The notes under the pieces: model-generated
The model's database searches: none
What the model saw: the letters and a program-made list of their open reading frames with translations, nothing else
Told to the model about the DNA's origin: nothing
Made by a program: the position numbers and the translations under genes
Shown: one piece after another, positions 26,021 through 35,903 of the stretch
How positions within the stretch are numbered: the stretch's first letter is position 1
Layout of the letters: every line of letters starts with the position of its first letter
Source of the DNA: a virus
Strand: one strand, 5' to 3'
Virus record (IMG/VR): IMGVR_UViG_3300045988_176633
DNA: 64,000 bases

Positions 26021-28425
26021 TTCCTACTAGACTTTAAAAGTTGTTCTATAATCCTATATATTTGAAAAGCTGAATTGACTGCAGCACCTCCAGGTAAAGC
26101 TCCCATCGAAGTCATCGTTCCCATTTTAACAAATTCTTTTTTCGGATCCCCTGAATCACCAACAATTTCTTTGACTGGGTTGAGAATAGCATTGAGAATA
26201 CTTTTTGCAGTCGCATCAACACTCAACAAACCTTCTAATTTAGAACTGATTTCAGTCAATTTCTCAAGCGCTTCTCCGCCTTCACCTATCCTTTCGTTTC
26301 TTCTTGCAGCATTAGCCGCTTCTATAGTACCAACTGTCCTGCTAGCTATACTTGTATCATATTGAGCTTCTCCTTCGTTGCCTCTACTAACTTCCGGAGC
26401 CAATCTTTGACCTCCTTGTGTTAGAAAATCACCTAAACTAGCTTCTGGTGCTACTTCATTTCGTCTCTTCGTTAAATCAACGACATCACTATAAGATAAA
26501 TCTGGAAATATTGATTTTAAAACATTTCGAAGTTGTTCTTCGTTACCAACCATTTCTTCTATCTTATTCAAGAATGCACGTTGCAATTCTGGATCTTCAG
26601 ACATCTTTTCAATAGAAGACATCAATTCAGTGAATGTACCAGCTTCAGGATTTACTTCTCTAGCTACTCTCATTAAAAGAGCTTGTGTAACATCATCTTG
26701 AGACACTCTTTGTCCAGATACTGCTGATTGAACTCTTTCTAATTGACGACCCTCAAAACCAGTACTAGCTCTAATACTAGCTAACATCGTAGCTATTGAA
26801 CCAGCATCTACACTACCAGTCTTTTCTAAGACACTTGTAACTGTACGATTGAAAGTATCTAATGATTCATCCATTGTAGCAGCTATTTCACTAAATGGAA
26901 GTTTCAATTCTTTCATCGTATTTTCAAAAAGACGAATGATAGCAGATGGACTATTTGAAGATGAACCGTATTCTGTTTCACCTTGCCTAGCAAAACGCAT
27001 AGAACCTTGTAATTGATTGATCGTTTGATCTGACAATCCATAAGCTCTTGTCACAGCCATTAGAGAGTTCATCTCTCTTGTATCGTCTTCTTGACCTCCT
27101 AAAATTTTTCCTCCTGCAGCACGAAGAAGACTTCCTCTTCGTCCCATATATTCACTAACATCCATCCCAAGGTCACTAGCTGCAAAAGAACCTTCTCTAT
27201 ATCCTTGGTTTATCGTTTGTCCTATTGATCTGCCTGAGACTTGTGAATATCCTAAAGAATTTCGTTCAGCACCTTCTAATGCTTGCAACTCCATCATCCA
27301 CTTGTTTACAACAAGAGATGAAAGACCTGATACCAATCCACCGACAATTCCACCAACTGCACCACCAATCGGTCCAAAAGCATTCCCGATAGAACCAATC
27401 GTACCTCCAGCTAAATTACCTAACGCACCAACCATTCCTGCTGTACCTTCGTATTCATTACGTGCCAATGAATATCTACTCATTGCATCTACAGCACCGT
27501 GCATTAATATAGAAGTGGTTCCTGTACCAACTTGAAAACGACTTCTTTCATCTTCTTCTGTCGGCTGGACTCTAGGAGCTGAAGTTGGACGTGAACCGCT
27601 TGGAATTGGAGCTGGAATAGGTGGAGTAGGAGCTGGTCCGTATCTATTTTCATCACGTCCAGTGTCAGTTGTCTCTCTACCTCCTTCACTTAACATCTGA
27701 CTTATTCCACCAACAAGTTGAACAAGTTGTCTCAATAAAGTTACATCTTGAGACACAGAAGGTTTTGTATCAGATTTCTTTTCTTTTTCTTCGTATCTTC
27801 TTGAATCCTTTAAAAGGTTTGAAAGTTCAATATTAGATGCTTCCAATCTCTTGATTTCATTTTCAAGAGATGAATCTATACTACGACCTTCTTCAGTTTC
27901 AAGATCTAATGTTTTTCTTGTTTTTTTAAGTTCGATTATATCTTCCTTGTTTTCCGCGATTCTTTGTTTGTAAAAATTACTGTCACGTAAAGGTGTAGAA
28001 GGTTTCTCTGAAACTTCTTCTAACCTATCTAAACGTGCTTTCAAAGTATCGTTTTCTTGATTTAATCGATTAATCTCATCGGTTAGTTGACGATAATCAT
28101 CAGTGTCGGGAGTGTATTCGTTTCTTACCTGCTCTAATTGTCTTATATCTCCTTCATTCTCAGAAATTCTTCTAATAATTGGTTCACGTTGTGACTGGGA
28201 GGTTGTAGGAGGTTGTAGGAGGTTTCTTCTTTGATTTAAAAGGTTTATTTGTTTTTGAAGTTCTTCGTTGTCAGCTATTAAACCTTTTTGATCACTTAAT
28301 TCAACAGAGGAAGCCGCTCGTGATAATTCATTAATATCACTAGTTAAACCAGTCACCTCTTGCCTCATTTCTCTTACTGGAGAAGAATCAACGATTATCC
28401 GTATTCTCTTGTCTTCCTGGGTCAT
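26017..28425 (-). CDS. Tail tape measure protein
   Basis: 802 aa. Position after tube and chaperones. Long E/K/R/L coiled-coil N-terminal third and a Gly-rich hydrophobic block GALGNLAGGTIGSIGNAFGPIGGAVGGIVGGLVSGL. Confidence 0.8.
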   Translation of the reverse strand: MTQEDKRIRIIVDSSPVREMRQEVTGLTSDINELSRAASSVELSDQKGLIADNEELQKQINLLNQRRNLLQPPTTSQSQREPIIRRISENEGDIRQLEQVRNEYTPDTDDYRQLTDEINRLNQENDTLKARLDRLEEVSEKPSTPLRDSNFYKQRIAENKEDIIELKKTRKTLDLETEEGRSIDSSLENEIKRLEASNIELSNLLKDSRRYEEKEKKSDTKPSVSQDVTLLRQLVQLVGGISQMLSEGGRETTDTGRDENRYGPAPTPPIPAPIPSGSRPTSAPRVQPTEEDERSRFQVGTGTTSILMHGAVDAMSRYSLARNEYEGTAGMVGALGNLAGGTIGSIGNAFGPIGGAVGGIVGGLVSGLSSLVVNKWMMELQALEGAERNSLGYSQVSGRSIGQTINQGYREGSFAASDLGMDVSEYMGRRGSLLRAAGGKILGGQEDDTREMNSLMAVTRAYGLSDQTINQLQGSMRFARQGETEYGSSSNSPSAIIRLFENTMKELKLPFSEIAATMDESLDTFNRTVTSVLEKTGSVDAGSIATMLASIRASTGFEGRQLERVQSAVSGQRVSQDDVTQALLMRVAREVNPEAGTFTELMSSIEKMSEDPELQRAFLNKIEEMVGNEEQLRNVLKSIFPDLSYSDVVDLTKRRNEVAPEASLGDFLTQGGQRLAPEVSRGNEGEAQYDTSIASRTVGTIEAANAARRNERIGEGGEALEKLTEISSKLEGLLSVDATAKSILNAILNPVKEIVGDSGDPKKEFVKMGTMTSMGALPGGAAVNSAFQIYRIIEQLLKSSRK

Positions 28426-28750
28426 TTTCTTTGGATTCTATCATCTTGGCTTGTTCTCTAAACCATTCCAAATCATTTTCGAGAATCTCACCGTTCGAAC
28501 TAGTAGTTTCAATCCCTTTAGATTTAAAAATATCACCAATATTAGGAGTGTAAATTTCCTCTTCGATATTTTCTTTTTTCTTTATATGAAGGAGATCTTC
28601 TTGCAATTCCATTAACTGATGTATAAATGAACACTCTTTATGTTCAGGAGAGAGAAAAGCAACCTTGTGCTTTTCTCTCCACCAGAAATCAACAGGAAAT
28701 TTCTTATTCCATTGAATCATGAACTTTTTTACATCGTTGATATCCATCAC
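28388..28750 (-). CDS. Tail assembly chaperone-like protein 2 (120 aa)
   Basis: Position between tube and tape measure. In the -1 frame relative to 28747..29082, with its own ATG in an ATGA overlap. Confidence 0.5.
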   Translation of the reverse strand: MMDINDVKKFMIQWNKKFPVDFWWREKHKVAFLSPEHKECSFIHQLMELQEDLLHIKKKENIEEEIYTPNIGDIFKSKGIETTSSNGEILENDLEWFREQAKMIESKENDPGRQENTDNR

Positions 28751-29082
28751 GATCTCAGTAAATCATTAATCTCTTTGAAAAAAGGAGCTACTTCTTTAAA
28801 GTAAACATTTTTGATTTCTCTGTAATCCTTGATACCTAGCTTGGAAAAATTCTCCACCTTTAAATCTTTGATCAACTCTGGACACAAAACGATCAATGTT
28901 GCTTCAACATCAATCATATCTAATGCATTTTGAGCTGATAAAGTATTGGATAAAAGCATGGAATTATACATTCCACTACTTATCGCTTGTTTCGTCGATT
29001 CAATACGATAATATTGACCAACATTAGGAAAAGGAATTGTATACTCCTTTCCAAAAATCTTGATTGTTACTGATTCTTTCAT
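28747..29082 (-). CDS. Tail assembly chaperone-like protein 1 (111 aa)
   Basis: Canonical position downstream of the tube gene. Confidence 0.5.
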   Translation of the reverse strand: MKESVTIKIFGKEYTIPFPNVGQYYRIESTKQAISSGMYNSMLLSNTLSAQNALDMIDVEATLIVLCPELIKDLKVENFSKLGIKDYREIKNVYFKEVAPFFKEINDLLRS

Positions 29083-29092
29083 GATTACAAAA

Positions 29093-29578
29093 TTACAAAT
29101 TTAATGTACTAATAGGATTTAAATAAATACCTGACACATTGAAACCAGCTACACCTTGTTCTCCAATAGAGAATTGCTGATTGTTTACAAAACAAGGTCC
29201 TAATTGACAAATAGTTTCACCTGTAGGATCAGATTGTGTAACCATTTTTGATGTATCATCTCGACTTGTAACGGTCTTAGCGTACATTGTTAATGAGAAC
29301 CCAAGTTCTCCTAATACCAAAGTATCTACGATTGATTGTACACTTCCAAGACGGTGCATCATAGCTTCTACTACCGGTTGCTTAAAATCTAGGAAGAATT
29401 GATCAACTGTAAATTGACACTGTAAAGAAATAGGAGGAACCTCTTTTATCAAGAGGTTTCCTAATCCTTGTACATTGACTCTTTGGATATTCTCGGAGAA
29501 AGTCAAGTTACGAACGTAACCTGCGATTTGATTTTCAATTTTCACGAATGCTCGTGGACTAGAATATACTGAAGTCAT
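29093..29578 (-). CDS. Tail tube protein
   Basis: 161 aa, directly downstream of the sheath gene. Confidence 0.65.
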   Translation of the reverse strand: MTSVYSSPRAFVKIENQIAGYVRNLTFSENIQRVNVQGLGNLLIKEVPPISLQCQFTVDQFFLDFKQPVVEAMMHRLGSVQSIVDTLVLGELGFSLTMYAKTVTSRDDTSKMVTQSDPTGETICQLGPCFVNNQQFSIGEQGVAGFNVSGIYLNPISTLNL

Positions 29579-29596
29579 TTTTCTTTAATTTTTGAA

Positions 29597-31243
29597 TTAT
29601 CGAATTAAGAATCCAGTGAAGAACAATTTATTGATCTCGTTGTTCACACGAATCTTATAAGTTACAAACCAAGCATCTTCTTTTTGCGTCACTACAACAT
29701 CTTGAAAAGCTAGAATTAAATTATCACTATCTTCAGTTGCGACACGACTCTGTAAATAGAATGTGGTCCAATTTTTAACATCTCCTGCAGATAATGTATT
29801 TACATTTACACCATTTTCCTGACTTAGAAGGTCTATTTCTGCATTTACGACTAATTCACGGTTAATCTGAGCAACGATTCTCATGAACTGAATGGAGAAC
29901 GATTGTCCCTTCGCATTAAATAGGCTTGTATTGTCTTGTAACGTATTGATACCTTGCAAGACAACAAATTTTCTTGTGAAAGCATTTTTTATCGTTACTA
30001 AAACACCATATTTTAACGCTTGCTTCTTATCGTCATCCGATAGAATGTGCTTAACACGATCAATACCAATCGATTTGTTGGTTACTGGTACATAAGGAGG
30101 CTTTCCAGATACACGACCTACAATTGCAGCCAAATTATACATTACTGTCCACCAACGATAGCCTACACTAGACTGTTCAGTGTTCAATCCAACATTACCA
30201 TGAACCAAAACAATCTTATCACTGTCAAATCCTTGAGCAAGAGTGATTGAATCATTGAATTGAGTAGCTTCTCCGTAACCACCTACATACAAGAAATGAT
30301 CAAATTTCGCCGTGAAATTCAAGTGAGTGATCACTTTCTTTGTAATAGTTGAATTAGCATTAACTCCATATTGGTCAGTAAAAACAATATTGTAATCCAA
30401 ATCTGTGATCTGACTTAAAACAGAATCTACATCCGTTGCATTGTATGTTTCTGTACCACCTGTTGAAATTTGGTAAGCACCTGTAAGACTAGAAACATCA
30501 CTTTCAATCACAACACCCTTTGCATCGCCATCGCCACCTACAACAGTATCTGTTTCATTGAAAGCAAAATATGCGTTAAAATTAGGATCTGATTTAGCCC
30601 AATCAATCAATGTTTGAACATTGTTAAATTCAGGAGATTCAACCATAAGTTGAGGAGAAGACTGAAGAGCTGTTTCCTCACCATAAGGCAATCCATCTTC
30701 CGCTAAGCCAGTGAATGTACCTTTCCAAATCTGGAAAATCCACTTGTTAGGATCAATACTACCAGCTTTAATGCTATATCCATAACCAGAAACGAGATTG
30801 TCTCCTTCCAAAGTACCGTTACCCCATAAACCTTCGTCTCTTGTATTGATAGCAAATGTACTACCACCTCCAGTGGTAAATTTCATTTCACTAGGAGTAG
30901 TGGTGCAAGCACGAACATAATATAACTCAGAAATACCAATTGCTGCAGGATTACTAGGATCTGGTGTGAAAAGAGCTTCTGAAATCTTCCAGAACATACC
31001 ACCTTTTACAAAACTTCTGAAATCAGCTAAATTCAGGAATGTATAGATAGCGTCTTGTCCATTAGCTAGTTCACCATTAATACCAGCACCACCGCCATAT
31101 TTGGCACCAAAAACACCTGTATCGATGATCAAAACTTTACCATAGTCCAAATTTCTAGCAGGATTGTTCTCACCTGAGACAATCGTACTATATGCACCTG
31201 GCAAAGAGATCTGTCGATTATTAAAATAAAACGACGTTGACAT
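29597..31243 (-). CDS. Contractile tail sheath protein
   Basis: 548 aa. N-terminus ..ISLPGAYSTIV.. is typical of sheath proteins. Sheath-tube-chaperone-TMP synteny, preceded by a 210-bp promoter-containing spacer. Confidence 0.8.
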   Translation of the reverse strand: MSTSFYFNNRQISLPGAYSTIVSGENNPARNLDYGKVLIIDTGVFGAKYGGGAGINGELANGQDAIYTFLNLADFRSFVKGGMFWKISEALFTPDPSNPAAIGISELYYVRACTTTPSEMKFTTGGGSTFAINTRDEGLWGNGTLEGDNLVSGYGYSIKAGSIDPNKWIFQIWKGTFTGLAEDGLPYGEETALQSSPQLMVESPEFNNVQTLIDWAKSDPNFNAYFAFNETDTVVGGDGDAKGVVIESDVSSLTGAYQISTGGTETYNATDVDSVLSQITDLDYNIVFTDQYGVNANSTITKKVITHLNFTAKFDHFLYVGGYGEATQFNDSITLAQGFDSDKIVLVHGNVGLNTEQSSVGYRWWTVMYNLAAIVGRVSGKPPYVPVTNKSIGIDRVKHILSDDDKKQALKYGVLVTIKNAFTRKFVVLQGINTLQDNTSLFNAKGQSFSIQFMRIVAQINRELVVNAEIDLLSQENGVNVNTLSAGDVKNWTTFYLQSRVATEDSDNLILAFQDVVVTQKEDAWFVTYKIRVNNEINKLFFTGFLIR

Positions 31244-31406
31244 AATTTTTATTAATTTTAATAAATTTTACGAATTCATTATTTACAATAAAAATTGAAG
31301 GCACACTTTCGAGTTCTATCCTTGTAAAACTCAGATAAATCTCGAATCTTCCCACACCTTTTGCGCTTCTTGGTATTCATTTCTCACTTATTGTAAAATT
31401 TTACTC

Positions 31407-31437
31407 TAAATATAGATACAATTTTCTCATCTACAAA
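31407..31437 (-). promoter_or_regulatory. Putative Bacteroidota-style promoter upstream of the sheath gene (TTTG-N19-TATATTTA)
   Basis: Minus strand TTTG-tagatgagaaaattgtatc-TATATTTAGAG. Confidence 0.4.
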
Positions 31438-31453
31438 ATAAAAGGCAGATTTT

Positions 31454-32146
31454 TCACGCCTTTATCTCAGATTCAACGCCCGGAATAGTTTTCGTAACTT
31501 TTCCATCTGTCATAAAAGTAGCTTCTAAACCAGCTTTTTCAAAGATTACCTTACCTAATAAATTAGGATTGATAAGACTTGGTACCATGTTATCCATTGA
31601 AACATTTAAACCAATAGACTTGATAAAAATAGGAGTTGGAATTAAGTTTGTCTCAGCCATAAGCTCTTTCACGGTGAAATCAATAGTGATGAACTTCTGT
31701 GCTAACAAATCGTAAGAAGCAAGTAACAATGAATATAAAGTCTCTGACATTATGATTGATTGTAACATGTTCACTCCCATACATAGAATTTCAAAATTAC
31801 TTGACCTAGAGTCTCTATATAAATAACCTCCTGTTGAATTAAATCCTGAAATCTTTCCTATTGAATTATCTGGTCCATTTGATTTCCCTGGTTCTCTAAT
31901 TACATAACACGGTAAACCAGTCTTATCTTTGGGATATTCCATAACAACTTTTATGTTATTAGGATTATCTTGATTTCGAGAATACATAGATAATGCTTGT
32001 GTATAAAAATCAAAAGCACCGTCTTTTACTCCAAAAAACATCTTGTATAAGAATCTATCTTCTTCGTTGACTGTTTCGACTGAATCTTGATAAATATAAT
32101 TTATAAGATTAACCACTAATTGTTTAATTTCTATTATAGGTATCAT
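31454..32146 (-). CDS. Putative tail completion / sheath-terminator protein (230 aa)
   Basis: Last gene before the sheath promoter region. Synteny only. Confidence 0.4.
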   Translation of the reverse strand: MIPIIEIKQLVVNLINYIYQDSVETVNEEDRFLYKMFFGVKDGAFDFYTQALSMYSRNQDNPNNIKVVMEYPKDKTGLPCYVIREPGKSNGPDNSIGKISGFNSTGGYLYRDSRSSNFEILCMGVNMLQSIIMSETLYSLLLASYDLLAQKFITIDFTVKELMAETNLIPTPIFIKSIGLNVSMDNMVPSLINPNLLGKVIFEKAGLEATFMTDGKVTKTIPGVESEIKA

Positions 32147-32150
32147 ACGA

Positions 32151-32921
32151 TCATATATTTTCTAAAAAGTTATCAATAGCTATTTGTGCTACACGACTTA
32201 TATCAGCTCGTTCCAATGCTTTATCCATCAATTTTTTAGGTGGTATACCTCCGTTCCACCAACTAGCTGGACTAGATTTATCACTAACACGTCTAAACGT
32301 AAAGTAACCACTCCTAACTTCTTTATCAGTAGACTGTATATTGACTTTTACCAATCCTTGATATTTAGGAGATTTATGCATATACTCAGGTACAACTAAA
32401 CCAGGTACGTTAATTTCTTTTCTGATCCCTGGTAGTTTGTGTTGTTCAGGTAAATCAGTTGTTTTTAAAGGTCTTGTTGATTGTTTGGCAATATTATAAA
32501 TTTCTTTAGGCATGATAGAAGAGAAGATACCTGATTCAGCGACTGCTTCTGGTGTCGCATGTCTAAATGGTATGGTTAAATACCAACCTCCGTCTTTTTT
32601 CTCTTTGACTTTATCAGATCTCTGAAATCCTATTTTCTCATCAAAAGGACTGGCACCTTCTTCAATCATGATAGCAAGAGGACTTTCTCTTGCCATCAAA
32701 CCAAAAACAACCTCCATACCAGAAGGTCGTTCCATGAACATTGCACGTTTATATTCAGATCGAGATTTTTTTAACTCTCGATTGACTAGATCCTCCCAAC
32801 GAGTGGAATATTCTACTATAACTTTATCAATGATAGATGTCCCAAGAATCTCCGTTTGATTTGCTGTTAAAGAAAATTCTTCAACTAAATCACTTAAATC
32901 TATGTTTATAGGTAGGATCAT
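32151..32921 (-). CDS. Putative neck / tail-joining protein (256 aa)
   Basis: Synteny only. Confidence 0.4.
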   Translation of the reverse strand: MILPINIDLSDLVEEFSLTANQTEILGTSIIDKVIVEYSTRWEDLVNRELKKSRSEYKRAMFMERPSGMEVVFGLMARESPLAIMIEEGASPFDEKIGFQRSDKVKEKKDGGWYLTIPFRHATPEAVAESGIFSSIMPKEIYNIAKQSTRPLKTTDLPEQHKLPGIRKEINVPGLVVPEYMHKSPKYQGLVKVNIQSTDKEVRSGYFTFRRVSDKSSPASWWNGGIPPKKLMDKALERADISRVAQIAIDNFLENI

Positions 32922-33688
32922 ATGATTCTTCTTAAAAATTCAACTAATTCTTCTACATTTTCGGGAACATTATCTCGCTTAATAAATCTATTCTCTTCTT
33001 TTAAAAGAGGCTGTAAATTTCTGAAATTGAAACAGATACGTTGATTTTCCTCTTTCGTCAAATCAAAATAGGAGCAGGGAATGATGTGATCAACATCCCA
33101 AAAGGAACCGTAATTATCCCATGTCATCCCTTCAACGAACTGATTCTCAAGGTGTTTCCTAAGATCTTCAAGAGAGCAGCCTAGAAGATCAAGAGTTTTT
33201 AATTTTTTTGAACTATTCTTTAATGCATATCGCAATCTTCCTCTAGCTAAAGTTATAATTTTATAATTTATATCCTCTTTATATTTACAACGTCGATAAT
33301 CTTTCAATTTAGAAGATCTCCATTTTTTACAAGATCTTTTTCTAACTTCTCGTCCTTTTTCTGTTTTTAAATATCTACTATCCCAAATTCTATGATACTC
33401 CTTTTCTCTCAAAATCTGAGATTCTGTTTTTATATGAGTTTGACGGTATATCTTTTGTCGTTCTTTAACTTTCTCTTTGTGATTTTCACAATATTTTTTA
33501 GAACTTCTCTTTAAAGCTTCTTTTCCAGCTTCAGTTTGGCGATATTTTTTACTAGTATTAGAAACACAGTCTCTACAACGGCAATTTAATTTATCTATTT
33601 GTCTGCTATCTCGAGAAAAATTATCGAGAGAGAGTTCTCGTTTGCAACGAGAACAAACTTTCAGACCGGTTTCAAAATTCGCTTTCAC
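32918..33688 (-). CDS. Free-standing HNH homing-type endonuclease (paralogue of 20361..21170)
   Basis: GTG start. N-terminus MKANFETGLKVCSRCKREL is identical to the paralogue. HNH core WDVDHIIPCSYF...NLQPLLKEENRFIKRD. Confidence 0.8.
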   Translation of the reverse strand: MKANFETGLKVCSRCKRELSLDNFSRDSRQIDKLNCRCRDCVSNTSKKYRQTEAGKEALKRSSKKYCENHKEKVKERQKIYRQTHIKTESQILREKEYHRIWDSRYLKTEKGREVRKRSCKKWRSSKLKDYRRCKYKEDINYKIITLARGRLRYALKNSSKKLKTLDLLGCSLEDLRKHLENQFVEGMTWDNYGSFWDVDHIIPCSYFDLTKEENQRICFNFRNLQPLLKEENRFIKRDNVPENVEELVEFLRRII

Positions 33689-34459
33689 TTATACATTCTC
33701 ATTTTCTATGAATTTCCCTTCAAAACTCAATCGCATATCTATAAATTGGGCTAATCTAGCTATTCCTTGTACAGGTAACTGTATTGGTTCTAAAGCTCCT
33801 GTCTTTTTATCTTTTTTCCAAGATGCTCTTATGATATGAGGTAAATCTAAGACCCTGTATTCGAGTTCGTGCATATAATAAACACTGACAATTTTCTCCT
33901 CTGTCAAATCCTCGTTAAAAACTAAACAATAACCATTATCTTCTTTTATGTAATAACTAGTTTCATCTAGTTTTAACAAGGGTTGATTTGATGAAACGAA
34001 AACATATACAGCTAATACCTTAACCGGTTTATAAGTGGTAAAAACGAATGAATTTGTTTGGTTTCTCCTTATATCTAAGTTTTCGCTATAATACGAATAT
34101 TGGTTCTTAATTGTTACTTTATCAAAGTAACTTAAATTAGCCTTATCTGTGTCTTGTACTGTTATAGCTATCGTTCCGAGTAATTCTTCGGACCAACTTT
34201 TATATTGATTGTTTTGATTTATACCAGTTATAAGAGCTTGTGTTTTGATAGGATTCACGTAAAAGTAACCTGTACCAAAACAATTTTGACAGTCTATCAA
34301 TGGTGCATCAGGTGCATGACAAGGACATCTCAATGCTCTTTCTAATATCACTGTATATCCTTTTAACCATATTGCAGCATCAAATTCATGTTTAAAGAAT
34401 TCTGGAGAAGCTACACCAGTTAACGAAGGACTAGATTTAGTAAGAATATTTTTTGTCAT
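33689..34459 (-). CDS. Putative neck/head-completion protein with CxC-N9-CxxC zinc-binding motif (256 aa)
   Basis: CPCHAPDAPLIDCQNC. Synteny between the connector-like gene and the tail genes. Confidence 0.4.
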   Translation of the reverse strand: MTKNILTKSSPSLTGVASPEFFKHEFDAAIWLKGYTVILERALRCPCHAPDAPLIDCQNCFGTGYFYVNPIKTQALITGINQNNQYKSWSEELLGTIAITVQDTDKANLSYFDKVTIKNQYSYYSENLDIRRNQTNSFVFTTYKPVKVLAVYVFVSSNQPLLKLDETSYYIKEDNGYCLVFNEDLTEEKIVSVYYMHELEYRVLDLPHIIRASWKKDKKTGALEPIQLPVQGIARLAQFIDMRLSFEGKFIENENV

Positions 34460-35259
34460 AATACCATAAATTTGAATTCATCGTACACCAATTTAATTCT
34501 TGATACAGTCTCTTTGATTTCCTCTCTATACTGTTGAATTCTTGCTCCATAACCAGCATTGGTTGCTGAAGCTGTTGTCGAAATACTTTGACTAAGACCA
34601 TCAATACCAAGAGACATACTAGCAATACCAGCAGATCCTAAAATAAGATCACCTGCAATTCCTAAAGGTCCAAATGAAGCAACTTTTCCAACTAGATCAA
34701 TTAAATCTATAGGCATCTTATCTAAATCAAATCCAGTGATATATTGCATCGACCAATAATCTGGAATATTGTCAAATTTTTGAAAACCGATTTGAGTGGT
34801 GATTCCTGTTAAGATCACATCTGCATTCGCTTTAGCAGAACTAGCTCCTGTAGGGACGACACTTATTCGTCGTTTACCGATACCGGCTTTGTCTCGTTCA
34901 CACATCAACCAACCTTGCGGATAAATGATTTGCTCTGCTTTGTTTAACATACCAGTCAAAGCCATCGGTTCTCGAACAGGATATTTTGTCTGCAAAATAG
35001 GAAATTGTTGCCAGTAGTCGTCTCGGTAATATGATGTTGTTTCTAGTTCAATTAACTGTTTGACGAACTTGAGATTGAAATAATTTTCAATTTCCATCTG
35101 AGCCGATCTTATATAGAATAACATAGACTCATTAGAAAAATTACTACCTTCACCTCCTTGTATTTTGATACCATATAAATACAAGGACCACATTTCAGAT
35201 ACTGAAAGTATCAAACCTGTGTTCTTTTTATATCTTATCGTCAACGTTAATTGTCCCAT
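34456..35259 (-). CDS. Putative head-tail connector/adaptor protein (267 aa)
   Basis: Synteny, two genes after the major capsid gene. Confidence 0.4.
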   Translation of the reverse strand: MGQLTLTIRYKKNTGLILSVSEMWSLYLYGIKIQGGEGSNFSNESMLFYIRSAQMEIENYFNLKFVKQLIELETTSYYRDDYWQQFPILQTKYPVREPMALTGMLNKAEQIIYPQGWLMCERDKAGIGKRRISVVPTGASSAKANADVILTGITTQIGFQKFDNIPDYWSMQYITGFDLDKMPIDLIDLVGKVASFGPLGIAGDLILGSAGIASMSLGIDGLSQSISTTASATNAGYGARIQQYREEIKETVSRIKLVYDEFKFMVL

Positions 35260-35263
35260 TGTC

Positions 35264-35827
35264 TTATTCTTCTGTTGATTCGTAGTATGCCATTAACATA
35301 CTAATGACGGACTCTGCATCTTTAGTTTTTTCAATATCCTTTTCAGGTAACCCTTCTTCAATAGCCAATTTCTTCAATTCTTCGAACGGCATCTTTTCCA
35401 AAGTTGTTCGAATATCATCTGTTTCTACTTTTTCATCAACATTTTCTTCAAGTTTCTTTTCGTTAGAAGGCGCTTCTTTGACAACAGCAGGAAGTTGCTT
35501 TTTCAAATTTTCAACTGCTTTCTTCCATGTTTTAACCTCGTCTTTCAAATCCTTGATTTGTTTGTCTTTAGTAGTGATGATGTTTTTAAGGCGATCAATC
35601 TCAGAGTTGTACTCTTCTTTTAAGACTTCAATCGTCTTATCAGTATCAATTTGATCAGCATTCTTTTGCTGAGGAGCTTCTCCTTCTTTGAAAATATTTG
35701 GAAATTTGGATTCCACTATTTTCTTAAAAAGATCATTGGAAATTTCTGCAACACCATTTTTAAATTCGATTACCTCACCGAAAATAGCTAATTTCTGATT
35801 TGAATAAATTCTTGATACGACTTTCAT
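35264..35827 (-). CDS. Hypothetical coiled-coil protein (187 aa)
   Basis: K/E-rich heptad-like centre. First gene after the capsid terminator. Confidence 0.55.
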   Translation of the reverse strand: MKVVSRIYSNQKLAIFGEVIEFKNGVAEISNDLFKKIVESKFPNIFKEGEAPQQKNADQIDTDKTIEVLKEEYNSEIDRLKNIITTKDKQIKDLKDEVKTWKKAVENLKKQLPAVVKEAPSNEKKLEENVDEKVETDDIRTTLEKMPFEELKKLAIEEGLPEKDIEKTKDAESVISMLMAYYESTEE

Positions 35828-35850
35828 ACAAATTCAATTTTAAAAAGAAA

Positions 35851-35875
35851 GGAGAAAGAGATTAACTCTCTCTCT
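35851..35875 (-). terminator. Rho-independent terminator after the major capsid gene
   Basis: Minus strand GGAGAGAGAG-ttaat-CTCTTTCTCC (one mismatch) followed by TTTCTTTTTAAAA. Confidence 0.6.
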
Positions 35876-35903
35876 CCTTCACTTATTTGTTTATATAATC
35901 TTT

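Noticed and set aside
28777-28785. Slippery heptamer T TTT TTC near the end of chaperone ORF 28747..29082, suggesting a lambda G/GT-type -1 frameshift into 28388..28750
   Set aside because: The -1 frame is closed by TAA and TGA between the slippery site and the start of the second ORF, so a shift here would terminate after a few codons. The second ORF has its own ATG in an ATGA overlap.
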